Part shown: one piece after another, positions 1-11,246 of the stretch | Position numbering within the stretch: position 1 is the first letter of the stretch | How the letters are laid out: each line of letters starts with the position of its first letter | Assembly (NCBI GenBank): GCA_051313645.2 | Contig: JBNRSN020000011.1 | Span: 109,492,001-109,556,000, forward strand | Source of the DNA: Centroscyllium fabricii | Lineage: Eukaryota | Length of the DNA: 64,000 bases | Direction: 5' to 3' | Notes under the pieces: model-generated | What the model was told of the DNA's origin: nothing | Database searches by the model: none | Seen by the model: only the letters and a program-made list of their open reading frames with translations | Program-made: the position numbers and the translations under genes

Positions 1-109
1 CCCCCCCACTCTGTTCTCTGTTGTATATGTACATTGAGGCCAGTTAACTGAATTTTTCAGATTTTTTGTCCCAAATTGGACATTGTGTTTTTCCCTCTGC
101 CGGGAGATC

Positions 110-485
110 ACATAGAAACATAGAAACTAGGAGCAGGAGTAGGCCATTCGGCCCTTCGAGCTGATCATCCAAACCCAGTACCCCGCCCCTGCCCTCACCC
201 CATATCCCTCGATCCCTATCGAGCCTGCACCGACACATATCCCACCCTATCCCCGTAACCCCACCTATTCAATCCCCCTAACACTAAGGGTCAATTTATC
301 CTGGCCAATCAACCTAACCCGCACATCTTTGGACTGTGGGAGGAAACCGGAGCACCCGGAGGAAACCCACGCAGACACGGGGAGAATGTGCAAACTCCAC
401 ACAGATAGTACCCGAGGCTGGATTTGAACCCGGGTCTCCAGAGCTGTGAGACAACAGAGCTAACCACTGTGCCACCGTGCCGCCC
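110..485 (-). mobile_element. Full-length tRNA-derived V-SINE (HE1-like) with CR1-type 3' tail
   Basis: Minus strand begins GGGCGGCACGGTGGCACAGTGGTTAG (A box), then GGTTCAAATCC (B box), V-domain GTGGGTTTCCTCCGGGTGCTCCGGTTTCCTCCCACAGTCCAAAGATGTGC, and ends in a TTTCTATG repeat like the local CR1 tails. Confidence 0.9.
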
Positions 486-1133
486 AAGGCTAGGGTGTGA
501 TGGAGAGTGAAAGTAGATTTTAGGTTAGAATCCTATTTCTTGTGTTTTTGTGTTGCACAGAGGCCCAGAACAGGGCAGTTAAAGCACTCAACAGCAATGT
601 TTCAGATCGGAGAGGCTGCATATACCTACTATAAGATGACACATTTTACAGTGTACTGTTAAATACTTTGATTTATTATACAATCACTCTGTACAATACA
701 AGCTATTGAGTTTGGAAACCTTTACCATAAGGAGTTTTCACTCAGTGTTTTGTTGAAACTCCAGGATTTTGTAAAATGGTCTACTGTTATACTTTATAAT
801 AACAAATAAATGTTTACTGCTGATTTCTAAAATGACCTCTCAATGTCTGAAATAGCTTATTTTATTTCTCCATTGCAGTGATACGCTTTAAGTTTGTGAA
901 TAATGTCACATTACTCTTGGGTACTTAGGAAGAGCTCTTTAATGCCAACAATTTAATAAACATGTCATAGTGTTGCTGATTTCCCTCAAATGCATCCGAT
1001 GGGACTGTGGACATGTTTGTACACAAGCTGGAGGTTGTTCTGGAGAAGTGACCTTTGAGGGGAGAGGGGGAGGACGTGAAAGGGGGGGGGGGGGTCGGTG
1101 TCTGGAATGGCAGAAGCATCGAACCACTAAATT

Positions 1134-1210
1134 TTCTCTCTCTCTCTCTCTGCTTCCCCCTCTCTCTCTCTGCTTTGCTCTTTCTCTCCTTCCCTCTCTC
1201 TTTCCTTCTC
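1134..1210. repeat. Imperfect (CT)n microsatellite
   Basis: Visible tctctc runs. Confidence 0.85.
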
Positions 1211-2214
1211 CCTGTCATGGCACGTTTTTGAATTCCCTCGGCACCGCCGAGCACTCTCAGCTAGTAATAAATAATTGAAGTATTCTCTCAAAATAAGCAC
1301 AGAATGGGAACTGAATTATATTATATATCTATGTAGATCTTAATTTTATGCCTGAATGCCCTAGATCAGTTATCTTCCACCTTCTAATCTTGCTTCACCT
1401 GAGGACTATACTTGGTCTTGATTCCCCTTGTGTAACACCATAGAAAATGCATTATTAGAAATTTAAATGCATGTTCCTATTTAATTTACACACACATCAA
1501 GTTGCTGATAATATTTTGCTCTAAGTACAGCCCTTTCTAAATAACCAGGCCTACAAATAGGATATAACAGTAAATAAGAAATACAAGTGAAAATTGGTCC
1601 GAGTTGCCTTGGCTTCAAAAGCTGGTCTGCCATGGCCTGTGGGCAGCAAGTGGTCCATTGGCTGCACTTCAGACACCCTTGCTCTGGTTGTGAAATAGGA
1701 ATACAAATGTTTTTGGAGTCATTTGAAATTTCCCTTTTTTCTAGCCTTAAAGCACTTATTTTTGAATAACAAACTAACAAAACAGACAACTTTTGCCATC
1801 ATCCAAATTAACGATTCAAATGAGTAAGATCCACTTCGAACTTGTGTAGAAGTTATACGACACCTATTACAAGCAACCTTTCTTCTTTGCTCGTCTTCTC
1901 TTCAGTTTCACAAGTCAAATCTGCAGCAGCTCACTTTTTTTTCCAAATGAGTTTATGCTGCTGAAAATCAAGAGTCAGCCGTGATCCAAGCAGCAGCACC
2001 CCAGACTATTAAAACAGGTGATAGTAAGAACAAAAATTGCCTTCTAACATCATTCTATTCTAAAATAGCAGAGAATTCATGGCACGATCTCACAATGATT
2101 GCCTCAACCACAAGCAGACAGGACCAAAATCAGCCATTTCAATCATGTTCATGGGAACATTTGTCAATGACCATCAAAAATAGAACTACAAAAATAACAT
2201 ATGCTCTGAAAATA

Positions 2215-2929
2215 CAGGTTGTGCACCGAAAATCCGTGACCCGAAACGCCGGCAGCTTCAGTCTGCCGGAACAAATTGCCCCGACTGCACTGCGCATGCG
2301 CAAGATGGCAGCCGCGAATGCGGCTTCAGCGAATGATCTGCGCATGCGCCGCCGAACGGCGAGCGCATGCGCAGATCATTCAAAACGGCTGCCGGGTGTT
2401 TTGAATGATCTGCGCATGCGTCGCTGGACGGCTAGCACATGCGCAGATCATCAAAACGGCCGCCGGACGAGCCGGGCCTTCCGTGGCGTCAGGGTGCGGC
2501 AGCTCGACTACCATCCCTGAAACCCTTAAACGAAGGGGAACGGAGGTGAAGATGCACAAATGCCCACAGTCAAAGGAACCGACAGTTAAGGGACAGAAGT
2601 GGGTGGTTGTGGGGTTGGTGGAGATTACCAAGATAGGGAGGGGTGAGCCCGAAGCGATTTAAACACGGAGGTTAGAATTTTAAGTGTGAGCATTGGTGAA
2701 CTTGGTGCCAATGCAGGTCAGCCATGGACAAACAAGGATGCAAACAGCAGAGTTCTGGATGAGATGATCTAATATTTTGAATGTTCGGCAGCCATTTCCA
2801 ATGTGCGCATGCGCGTGGCCATTTTGAATGGTGCGCGCATGCGCACTGACAGACTTCATTCTGCCGGTTTTTTCCCTTCCCCGGCACGGGCCTGGTCCCG
2901 CCCGTGCCGGATTTCCGGTGCGCAACCTG
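2215..2929 (+). mobile_element. Tc1/mariner-pogo-type MITE, copy 1 (GCGCATGCGC-rich, with L2-like internal insert)
   Basis: TA|CAGGTTGTGCACCGAAAATCCG...CGGATTTCCGGTGCGCAACCTG|TA: terminal inverted repeats with TA TSD. Confidence 0.88.
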
Positions 2930-3142
2930 TATTTTACTAGAAGGCAATGAGGTAAGAACAGTTCATCAATGTTAAGTGACTCATTTGATAAACACACTTC
3001 AACCTTGTGGAGTGTACAACTAAAGAAAGTCTTTCTAGCTGCCTTTAGCACACCAAGAAATGTGAAAATTAAAATGATTGGGATGGAAACTACAGGAAAC
3101 ATGAACCAGTGTCAATTCAGTTGAATCTTATGAAATCAAATA

Positions 3143-3674
3143 CAGGTTGCGCACCGGAAATCTGGCACAGGCGGGACCAGGCCCGTGCCGGGAAAGTGAA
3201 AAAACCGGCAGAATGAAGTTGGTCAGTGCGCATGCGCGCACCATGCAAAATGGCTGTGCGCATGCGCACAACATTGGAAATGGCCACCGAACGTCTTTGT
3301 GGAGTCTCAGCTGACGGCCAGCAGGCTGCTCCGGGAAACGCGCGCTTCACCTTGGCGGGTGCTCGGGACTCGCACATTCAAAACGCGGCGCGAGCCGCCG
3401 CGCCCTGACGCCACGGAAGGTCCGGCGGCCGTTTTGAATGATCTGCGCATGCGCTAGCCGTCCGGCGACACATGCGCAGATCATTCAAAACTCCCGGCAG
3501 CCGTTTTGAATGATCTGCGCATGTGCTCGCCATTCGGCGGCGCATGTGCAGATCATTCGCCGAAGCCGCGATCGCGGCTGCCATCTTGCGCATGCGCAGT
3601 GCAGTCGGGGCAATTTGTTCCGGCAGACTGAAGCTGCCGGCGTTTTGGGTCACGGATTTTCGGTGCACAACCTG
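3143..3674 (-). mobile_element. Same MITE family, copy 2, inverted relative to copy 1
   Basis: TA|CAGGTTGCGCACCGGAAATCTG...CGGATTTTCGGTGCACAACCTG|TA. Arms are near-identical reverse complements of copy 1. Confidence 0.88.
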
Positions 3675-3779
3675 TAGTTGCAAGCACCAATTATAATCAA
3701 CATTAGATTCAATACTATAATGACATTTATTGCTCACACAAAATGCAGCTGCATTGCTCTGATGAAATGTATTTTACAG

Positions 3780-5906
3780 GGGCAAGTGGAGCATGTGGGA
3801 AACAGTGGTCATAATATCAGTGTTAGAATGGTTATGGAAAAGGACAAGGAAGAATCAAGCATAAAAATACTTAACTAGAGAAGGGTCAACTTTAGTAAGT
3901 TGGAAAGGGATCTGGCCCAGGTGGATTAGAATTAAAAATGGTCGGCAAAAATAGTAATTGAGCAATGGGAGGCCTTCAAAGAGGAGATTGTTCAGGTACA
4001 GAATAGACATTCCCAGGAGGCAAAGAAAGGCATCCAAAGTTAGAGCTCCCTGGATTACTACATATAGAGATTAAAATGAGTCAGAAAAAGGAGGTTTATG
4101 AAAAATGTAAGTTGCATAATACTGTTGAGAACCAAGCTGAATACAGAAACTGCAAAGATAGTCTAAAAAAAGGGAATAAGAGGGGCAAAGAGTATGAGAA
4201 TAGATTAGCAGCTAACATAATGGGGAAACCAAAAGTCTTTTGTAAACATATAAATAGTAACCGAGTGGGGTCGACCAGGGACCAAGAAGGAGATATTTTT
4301 GTGGAGACAGAGGAGATGACAGATACTAAATGGTAATTTAGCATCAGTCTTCGCTATTGAAGAGGATGCTGCCAATGTAGCAGTAAAGGAGGGGGTAGTA
4401 GCGATACTGGGCTGCACAGGATGCATCCTAGGTTACTGAAGGAAGTAAGGGTGGAAACTGCAGACGCTCTGGCCACAATCTTCCAATCCTTAGATATGGG
4501 GTTGGTGCCAGAGCACTAGACGATTGCAAGCATTACACCCCTGCTTAAACAATGAGGGGGGAGATAAACCCAGCAACTACAGGCCAGTCAGTCCAATGTC
4601 AGTGGTGGGGAAAACTTGTCAAGACAATAATCCAGGACAAAATTAAGGGGCATTTGGAAAAGTATGGGCTGATAAATGAAAGTCAGAATGGATTTGTTAA
4701 AGGCAAATAATGTTTGACTAACTTGATTGAGTTCTTTGATGAAGTGACGGAGAGGTTTGATGAGGGTAATGTGGTTGATGTTGTGAATATGGACTTTCAA
4801 AAGGCATCTGACAAAGTAACACAGAATAGACTTGTTAGCAAAATTAAAGCCCTTGGGATTAAAGGGACAGTGCCGCATGAAATTGGCCAAGGGACAGAAA
4901 TCAGAGTAGTGGTGAATAGCTGTTTTCCCAGACTGGAGAGAAGCATACAGTGGTGTTCCCCAGGGGTTGATATTAAAACCACTGCTCTGACATATATTAA
5001 TGACCTGGACTTGGGTATGCAGGGCATAATCTCAAAGTTTGCAAGTGACACAAAACTCAAATGAGGAGGATAGCAACGGACTTCAGGAGGACATACATAG
5101 ACTGGTGAAATGGTCAGACATGTGGCAGATGAAATTTAACGCAGAGAAATGTAAAGTGATGCATTCTGGTAGGTAGAACAAGGAGAGGAAATATAAACTA
5201 AATGGTACAATTTTAAAGGGGGTGCATGTACACAAATCTTTGAAGATAGCAGTACAAGTTGAGAAGGCTGTTAAAAATCATATGGGATCCTTGGCTTTAT
5301 CAATAAAGGTACAGAGTACAAAAGCAAAAACGTGACGCTAAACTTTTATAAAACACTGGCTAGGCCTCAGCTGGAGTAGAGTGTTGAATTCTGAGCACCA
5401 CACTTCAGGAAGGATGTCAAAGCCTTGGAGAGACTGCAGAAGAGATTTACTAGAATGGTACCAGGGATGAGGGACTTCAGTTACGTGGAGAGACTGGAGA
5501 AGCTGGGGTTATTCTCCTTCGAGAAGAGAAGATTATTCGATGGAGGTGTTCAAAATCATGAACTTGAGAGTAAATAAGGAGAAACTGTTTCTAGTGGCAG
5601 GAGGGTCAGGAACCAGATGAGACAGATTTAAGGTGATTGGCAAAAGAACCAGAGGCGACATGAGGAAACATTTTTCTTTACACAGCACGTTGTTCTGATC
5701 TGGAATGCATAGGGTGGCGGAAGCAGATTTAATAGTAACTTTCAAAAGGGAACTGGATAAATACTTGAAGGATAAAAATTTACAGGGCTATGGGGAAAGA
5801 GCAGAAGAGTGGGGCTAATTCCATAGCTCTACCATAGAGCCAGCACAGGCATGATGAGGCAAATGGCTTCCTTCTGTGCTGTATCATTCGATGATTCTAT
5901 GATTCT
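3780..5906 (+). mobile_element. Degenerate CR1 LINE (ORF2 fragment with 3' tail)
   Basis: RT motifs LTNLIEFFDEVT, MDFQKASDKV, ISKFASDTKL with frameshifts. Tail ...tcgatgattctatgattc. Confidence 0.9.
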
Positions 5907-6294
5907 TTTGATGATCAAAATCTAAATTAGCTGAAAATGAAACAATTAAATGTCACATTAATGCAACATTTCATCAAATGTGCATTTTATACCGTTTGAC
6001 ACCTACGTTTCAACAATCGAAGTACAGTTCCATTGGCCCATAAACATTAAAAGAATATTAAAATGTTACTTTTTGGTTAGCCGAGCGTCTGACGCACAGC
6101 AAACTCATGACCGAGCAACATCATCAACAGCAACAATGGGCTGAACTGGCCTCCTTCTATAATGTATTTTCTAGAATTCTAAACTTCTCCAAACCAAATT
6201 ATTGAGAACTGCACACAAATAGTTTCTGTTCATTTAATACAGAATGCACACCCTATTCCCACTTATCAAAGGCCAGAGAACTTAGAAAAATATT

Positions 6295-7257
6295 GGGCCC
6301 TGTTTTCCTGTGCTCCAGAGGAGCTGCACACTCACGAAGGGGGTTCAGAAATGCCTCGTGGGTGTGCAGCACGGGTGATTCCCACGAAAGTCAATTTCCT
6401 GTGCTGATGGGCAAGGACCTTCAGCTTCCAACGCAGGAAGACCTTGCACTGACGATTTCCTGTAAGAACTGGTCAAAATGCGTGTGTAATTACGTGGGCA
6501 AGTCTCTCTGCAGCTGCCCATTTAGAAATCAGTCGTTGATGGTGCTGCAGTGCGTTCAGAACGGGAGAAACACGTTGAAAAGCTTTAAAAAGTAAGTTTT
6601 TTGTTGATTCCTTTGGTGATGTGTGTGTGTGGTGTTTCAACTTTTAAATTGAAGTGTTTTTTTTTTCTGAATTGAAAAAAAACAGGAGTGATTCTAAAGT
6701 TTATTTTAAAATAAAAAAAAAAAAGGGTTTTTAACTGTTTTTGCAGCCTTTTCTTTTTTAAACACTGGTTTTTGATTCCTATGTAAAAATTAACTAGCTG
6801 CTGTCTTCGGAGATAAGTTAAAACCTCATGGATCTGGAACTTTCACACAGCACTTCCGTTTTAAACAAAAGAAAAACTAAAAATCGTTGCTAATTCATCC
6901 AATACATCAGAAAATGATGAGGTAAAAAAATATTTAACAGTTAAAAAATTTTAAACAGAAAACGATCAAAACTAAGCAATCATACCTACAGATCTTTTCA
7001 GCTGCTGAGCCTTTGCTTTCTGCTAGATTCTGTGCGTTCTGTGGGGGCGTGGTCAGAAAAAGCGGACCTCAGTGGGCGTGGCTTGGTCACAGCCCACGCA
7101 CAAAGCTCAACGCAGCAGCAGCAGCCAGAACCCTACGCAGCCCACGAAGACGGCAAATCTAACAGGAAATCGACGGGAAAAAAAAAAACGTGCGCGTGCG
7201 CCGCGGGTGTGCAGGAGCGCGCACCCGCAGCAAACGGAGCACAGGAAAACAGGGCCC
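6295..7257. mobile_element. Non-autonomous DNA transposon, PIF/Harbinger-like
   Basis: Perfect 22-bp TIR GGGCCCTGTTTTCCTGTGCTCC / GGAGCACAGGAAAACAGGGCCC. 3-bp direct repeat ATT on both sides. GC-rich ends, AT-rich core, no ORF. Confidence 0.85.
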
Positions 7258-7762
7258 ATTGGCAATGCTAAGGGACCCCCGCAAGAATGTACATGGGGGA
7301 CTGCTGAAGTTTAACTGGCTAAACCAAGCCTTTTACCAGCTAGAACGTTGCGTGGGTATAACACCAGCTCCTCTGGATTCCATCAACCAACCAGGTTGGC
7401 TGATCAATCCTCAATAGCTCTCTGATGCACTGCAGACATGCCTGGTTTAGGTATTGAATTACAGTCTGCCAGAGAGGATCAATCTGGTTCCAAACTTGCA
7501 TGGGCATCATCCTGAAGCCAACTCAATCCCAAAACTAACACAGCTAATCTTCCTTTTCCCCCTCTCCGAAGGAGGATAATTACCAGATGACACTCCAAGA
7601 CCATCATCATGATGGCAGCCTACCCATCACTGTTAGACATTCAATACAAAGGCTCAATGAGTATACAGGAAACTCTCTTAACCGGCACCTAAATATACAG
7701 AAATCTCTCAACCAGCAAAATTCTGGAGTAGGTTCAGGTAGGTTTTACTATATATTAGTGGG

Positions 7763-7885
7763 TGTGTAACCAGGGTTCCTGGACCTGTTGCCATGTAACA
7801 GGGACTCCTGGATCTGTGGCCGTGTAACCAGGACTCCTGCACAGGTGCCGTGTAACCGGGACTCCTGCACCTGTGGCCGTGTACA
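7763..7885. repeat. Minisatellite, ~29-bp unit, about 4 copies
   Basis: Repeats of gtgtaacc(a/g)ggactcctg(g/c)acctgtggcc. Confidence 0.8.
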
Positions 7886-8596
7886 GGGCTCTCATACCTT
7901 GGTAAGTATACCTCTCTGTAATGTGGACTTTTTGATCAACCGGCACCATGCCGGCCCCGGATAAAAAAAAAAGTTTCCTGTACTCTTACATGGATTTTGG
8001 AGTAGGAGTATACAACCCAGATCAAATCCAAGAATCAGACACTTGGTTCTATTGCATCCAGGTTAAAAAAAAATAAAGACTGCATGAGGAACAAGGTCAA
8101 AAACTTTATGAAAACCTATAAAGAATCATACAGCACAGAAAGAGGCCCTTCAGCCCATCGCGTCCGGGCCGGCCATCAAGCCCTGCCTATTCTAATCCCA
8201 TTTTCTAGCATTTGGTCCGTAGCCTTGTATGCTATAGCATTTAAAGTGCTCATCTAAATCTAAATACAATGCAAGAAGTTTTCCCAATCTTATATAAAGG
8301 CCACACCGTGCCTCAGATAGCTTAGAAGAACAAATTCTAGCAAACTCCTTGCTGATTACACTGCATCCTCAAATACAGCTGACACATATGCTGTGACAAC
8401 CCAAAGAACTGACTTAAGAGCTACTATCAGTGAGATTCCTTGGTGATTTTCATTCTCACTAGCATCCTCTTCTTGTGAATAGAAACCACAATTGTCGTAT
8501 CAATGCCTCAAATCATTTTCCCTACCCTTAAAGGGACAACGAGTTGGCAGCTCTGCAAATTAATTTTGCAGAATGGGAACCAGCAGGAGCAAATCA

Positions 8597-11246
8597 AAGG
8601 CCCAACCAGTCCTCATCCACCACCACCCTCCTCCGCCTGGCTGAACTTGATCTCACATTGAACAACTTCTCCTTTGGCTGAACTTGTTCTCACATTGAAC
8701 AACTTCTCCTTTGACTCCACTCATTTCCTCTAAATCAAAGGTGTTGCTATGGGTACCCGCATGGGTCCTAGCTATGCCTGCCTTTTCGTGGGATATGTGG
8801 AATGCTCTTTGTTCCAGTCCTACTCGGGTCCCCTCCCTCACCTCTTTTTCCGGTATATTGATGGCTATCAATGCCGTCTCGTGCTCTCTCCCTGAACTGG
8901 AAAATTTCATTCACTTTGCTTCCAATTTCCACCCTTCATAGAGTCATAGAGTTTTACAGCACAGAAAGAGGCCCTTCGGCCCATCACGTCCATGCCGGCC
9001 ATCAAGCCCTGTCTATTCTAATCCCATTTTCCTGCATTTGGTCCGTGGCCTTGTATGCTATGGCACTTCAAGTGCTCATCCAAATGATTCTTGAATGTGG
9101 TGAGGGTTCCTGCCTCTACCACCCTTTCAGGCAGTGAGTTCCAGATTCCAACCACCCTCTGGGTGAAAAGGTTCTTCCTCAAATCGCCTCTAAACCTCCC
9201 GCCTCTTGCCTTGAAACTATGTCCCCTTGTTATTGACCCCTCTACCAAGGGAAAATGTTGCTTTCCATCTACCCTATCTATGCCCCTCATAATTTTGTAC
9301 ACCTCAATCAGATCCCCCCGCCAGCCTTCTCTGCTCCAAGGAAAACAACCCCAGCCTGCCCAGTCTTTATTCATAGCTGAAGCGTTCCAGCCCAGGTAAC
9401 ATCCTGGTGAATCTCCTCTGCACCCTCGCCAAAGCAATCACTTCCTTCCTACAGTGTGGCGACCAGAACTGCACACAGTACTCCAGCTGTGGCCTTACCA
9501 GCGCTTTGTACAGCTCCATCATAACCTCCCTGCTCTTATATTCTATGCCTCGGCTAATGAAGGCATGTATCCCATATGCCTTTTTAACCACCTTATCTAC
9601 CTGTCCTGCTGCCTTCACTCACCTTCACATGGTCCATCTCTGGCTCTTCCCTTCTTCGACTTCTCCGTCTCCATCTCTGGGGATAGGTTATTGACAAACA
9701 TTCATTGCAAGCCCACTGATTCCCACTAGACTTCCTCCCACCCCGCCTCCTGTACGGACTCTATTCCATTCTCCCAGCTTCTCCGTCTCTGCCGCAACTG
9801 CTCGGATAATGCCACCTTCCAGACCAGCGCTGGTAAGGCCACAGCTGGAGTACTGTGTGCAGTTCTGGTCGCCACACTGTAGGAAGGAAGTGATTGCTTT
9901 GGCGAGGGTGCAGAGGAGATTCACCAGGATGTTACCTGGGCTGGAGCGCTTCAGCTATGAATAAAGACTGGGCAGGCTGGGGTTGTTTTCCTTGGAGCAG
10001 AGAAGGCTGGGGGGGATCTGATTGAGGTTGGGAGACCAAATGCAGATTGGGTGAGCGCTTTGCGGAACACCTCCGTTCAGTCCGTAAGGGGGACACCGAG
10101 CTCCCGGTGGCCTGTCACTTTAATTCTCCACGTCGTCCTTTTTCCTCAACCGAGGATTCCCCTCTACTGTGGTTGACATGGCCCTCGACTGTGTCCGTTC
10201 TATCTCCTGCACTTCTGCCCTCACCCCTGCCCCTCCCTCACGGAACCACGATAGAGTTCCCCTTGTCCTCACCTATCACCCCATCAGCCTCCACATTCAA
10301 CGGATCATCCTCCGCCACCTCCGGCGTGATCCCACCACCAAATGCATCTTCCCCCATCTCCCCTTTCGGCATTCCGCAGGGACCGCTCCCTCGGCGACAT
10401 CCTAGTCCACTCCTCTACCACCCCCAGCACCCCTTTCCCCGGCACCTTCCCGTGCAAGCGCAGGAGATGCAACACATCGCCCCTTCCCACTATCCAGGGC
10501 CCCAAGCACTCGTTCCAGGTGAAGCAGCGATTTACGTGTACTTCCTGCAATCTAGTATACTGTATTCGCTGCTCACGATGTGGTCTCCTCTACATTGGGG
10601 AGACCAAATGCAGATTGGGAGACCAAATGCAGATTGGGTGACCGCTTTGCGGAACACCTCCGTTCAGTCCGTAAGGGGGACACCGAGCTCCCGGTGGCCT
10701 GTCACTTTAATTCTCCACTCCAATTCAGACCTCACCGTCTGCGGCCTCTTGCATTGTTCCACGGAAGCTCAGCGTAAGCTCGAGGAACAGCACCTCATCT
10801 TTCGCTTAGGCACTCGACAGCCCTCTGGACTAAACATAGAGTTCAACAATTTCAGATCATAACCTTGGCTCCTATCACATTTATATATACACATACACAC
10901 AAACTGTATATATTTTCTCGTTTTTTAAATCCACACTTTCGGCTGGACTATTTTTCTCTTCTCTCTGCCAGAGCCATTCACAGTTCATCCAGAGCCATCC
11001 TGTGTTTCTTGAATATCTCTTAAAGTCTCTCAATGTCTCTTAATCTTAATTTATCCTGTCGCTGATCTTCTCTTTTGTTCTTTCACCCCCTCCCCCTTTC
11101 CCCAGGCCCTACTTGCTTTAAAATCTATCCCCTCTCCTGTTTTTTCTAGTTCCGACGAAAGGTCTTCGAACTGAAACGTTAACTCGGTTTCTCTCTCTGC
11201 CGATGCTGCCTGGCCTGCTGAGTTTCTCCAGCATTTTCTGTTATTT
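8597..11246 (+). mobile_element. Penelope-like retroelement (RT end plus GIY-YIG endonuclease), degenerate, interrupted by CR1 and a templated insertion
   Basis: GVAMGTRMGPSYACLFVGYVE (RT) and FTCTSCNLVYCIRCSRCGLLYIGETK...GDRFAEHLRSV (GIY-YIG). Hammerhead-like motif near the 3' end. 12-bp TSD AGGAGCAAATCA at 8585-8596 and 11247-11258. Confidence 0.88.
8937..9615 (-). mobile_element. 5'-truncated CR1 LINE nested in the Penelope element
   Basis: LYKALVRPQLEYCVQFWSPH and FTQRVVGIWNSLP. Tail catagagtcatagag at the left end. Confidence 0.9.

Noticed and set aside
410-485. tRNA-like A and B boxes as a tRNA gene
   Set aside because: Continues directly into the V-SINE body and tail, so it is a SINE head.
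925-1278. Overlapping ORFs on both strands
   Set aside because: Span a G-run and CT microsatellite, giving low-complexity translations.
1981-2520. 179-aa ORF with repeated NDLRMRR motifs, and similar ORFs at 3378-3737 and 37618-37830
   Set aside because: By-product of GC-rich palindromic MITE sequence, open on both strands, with no protein family features.
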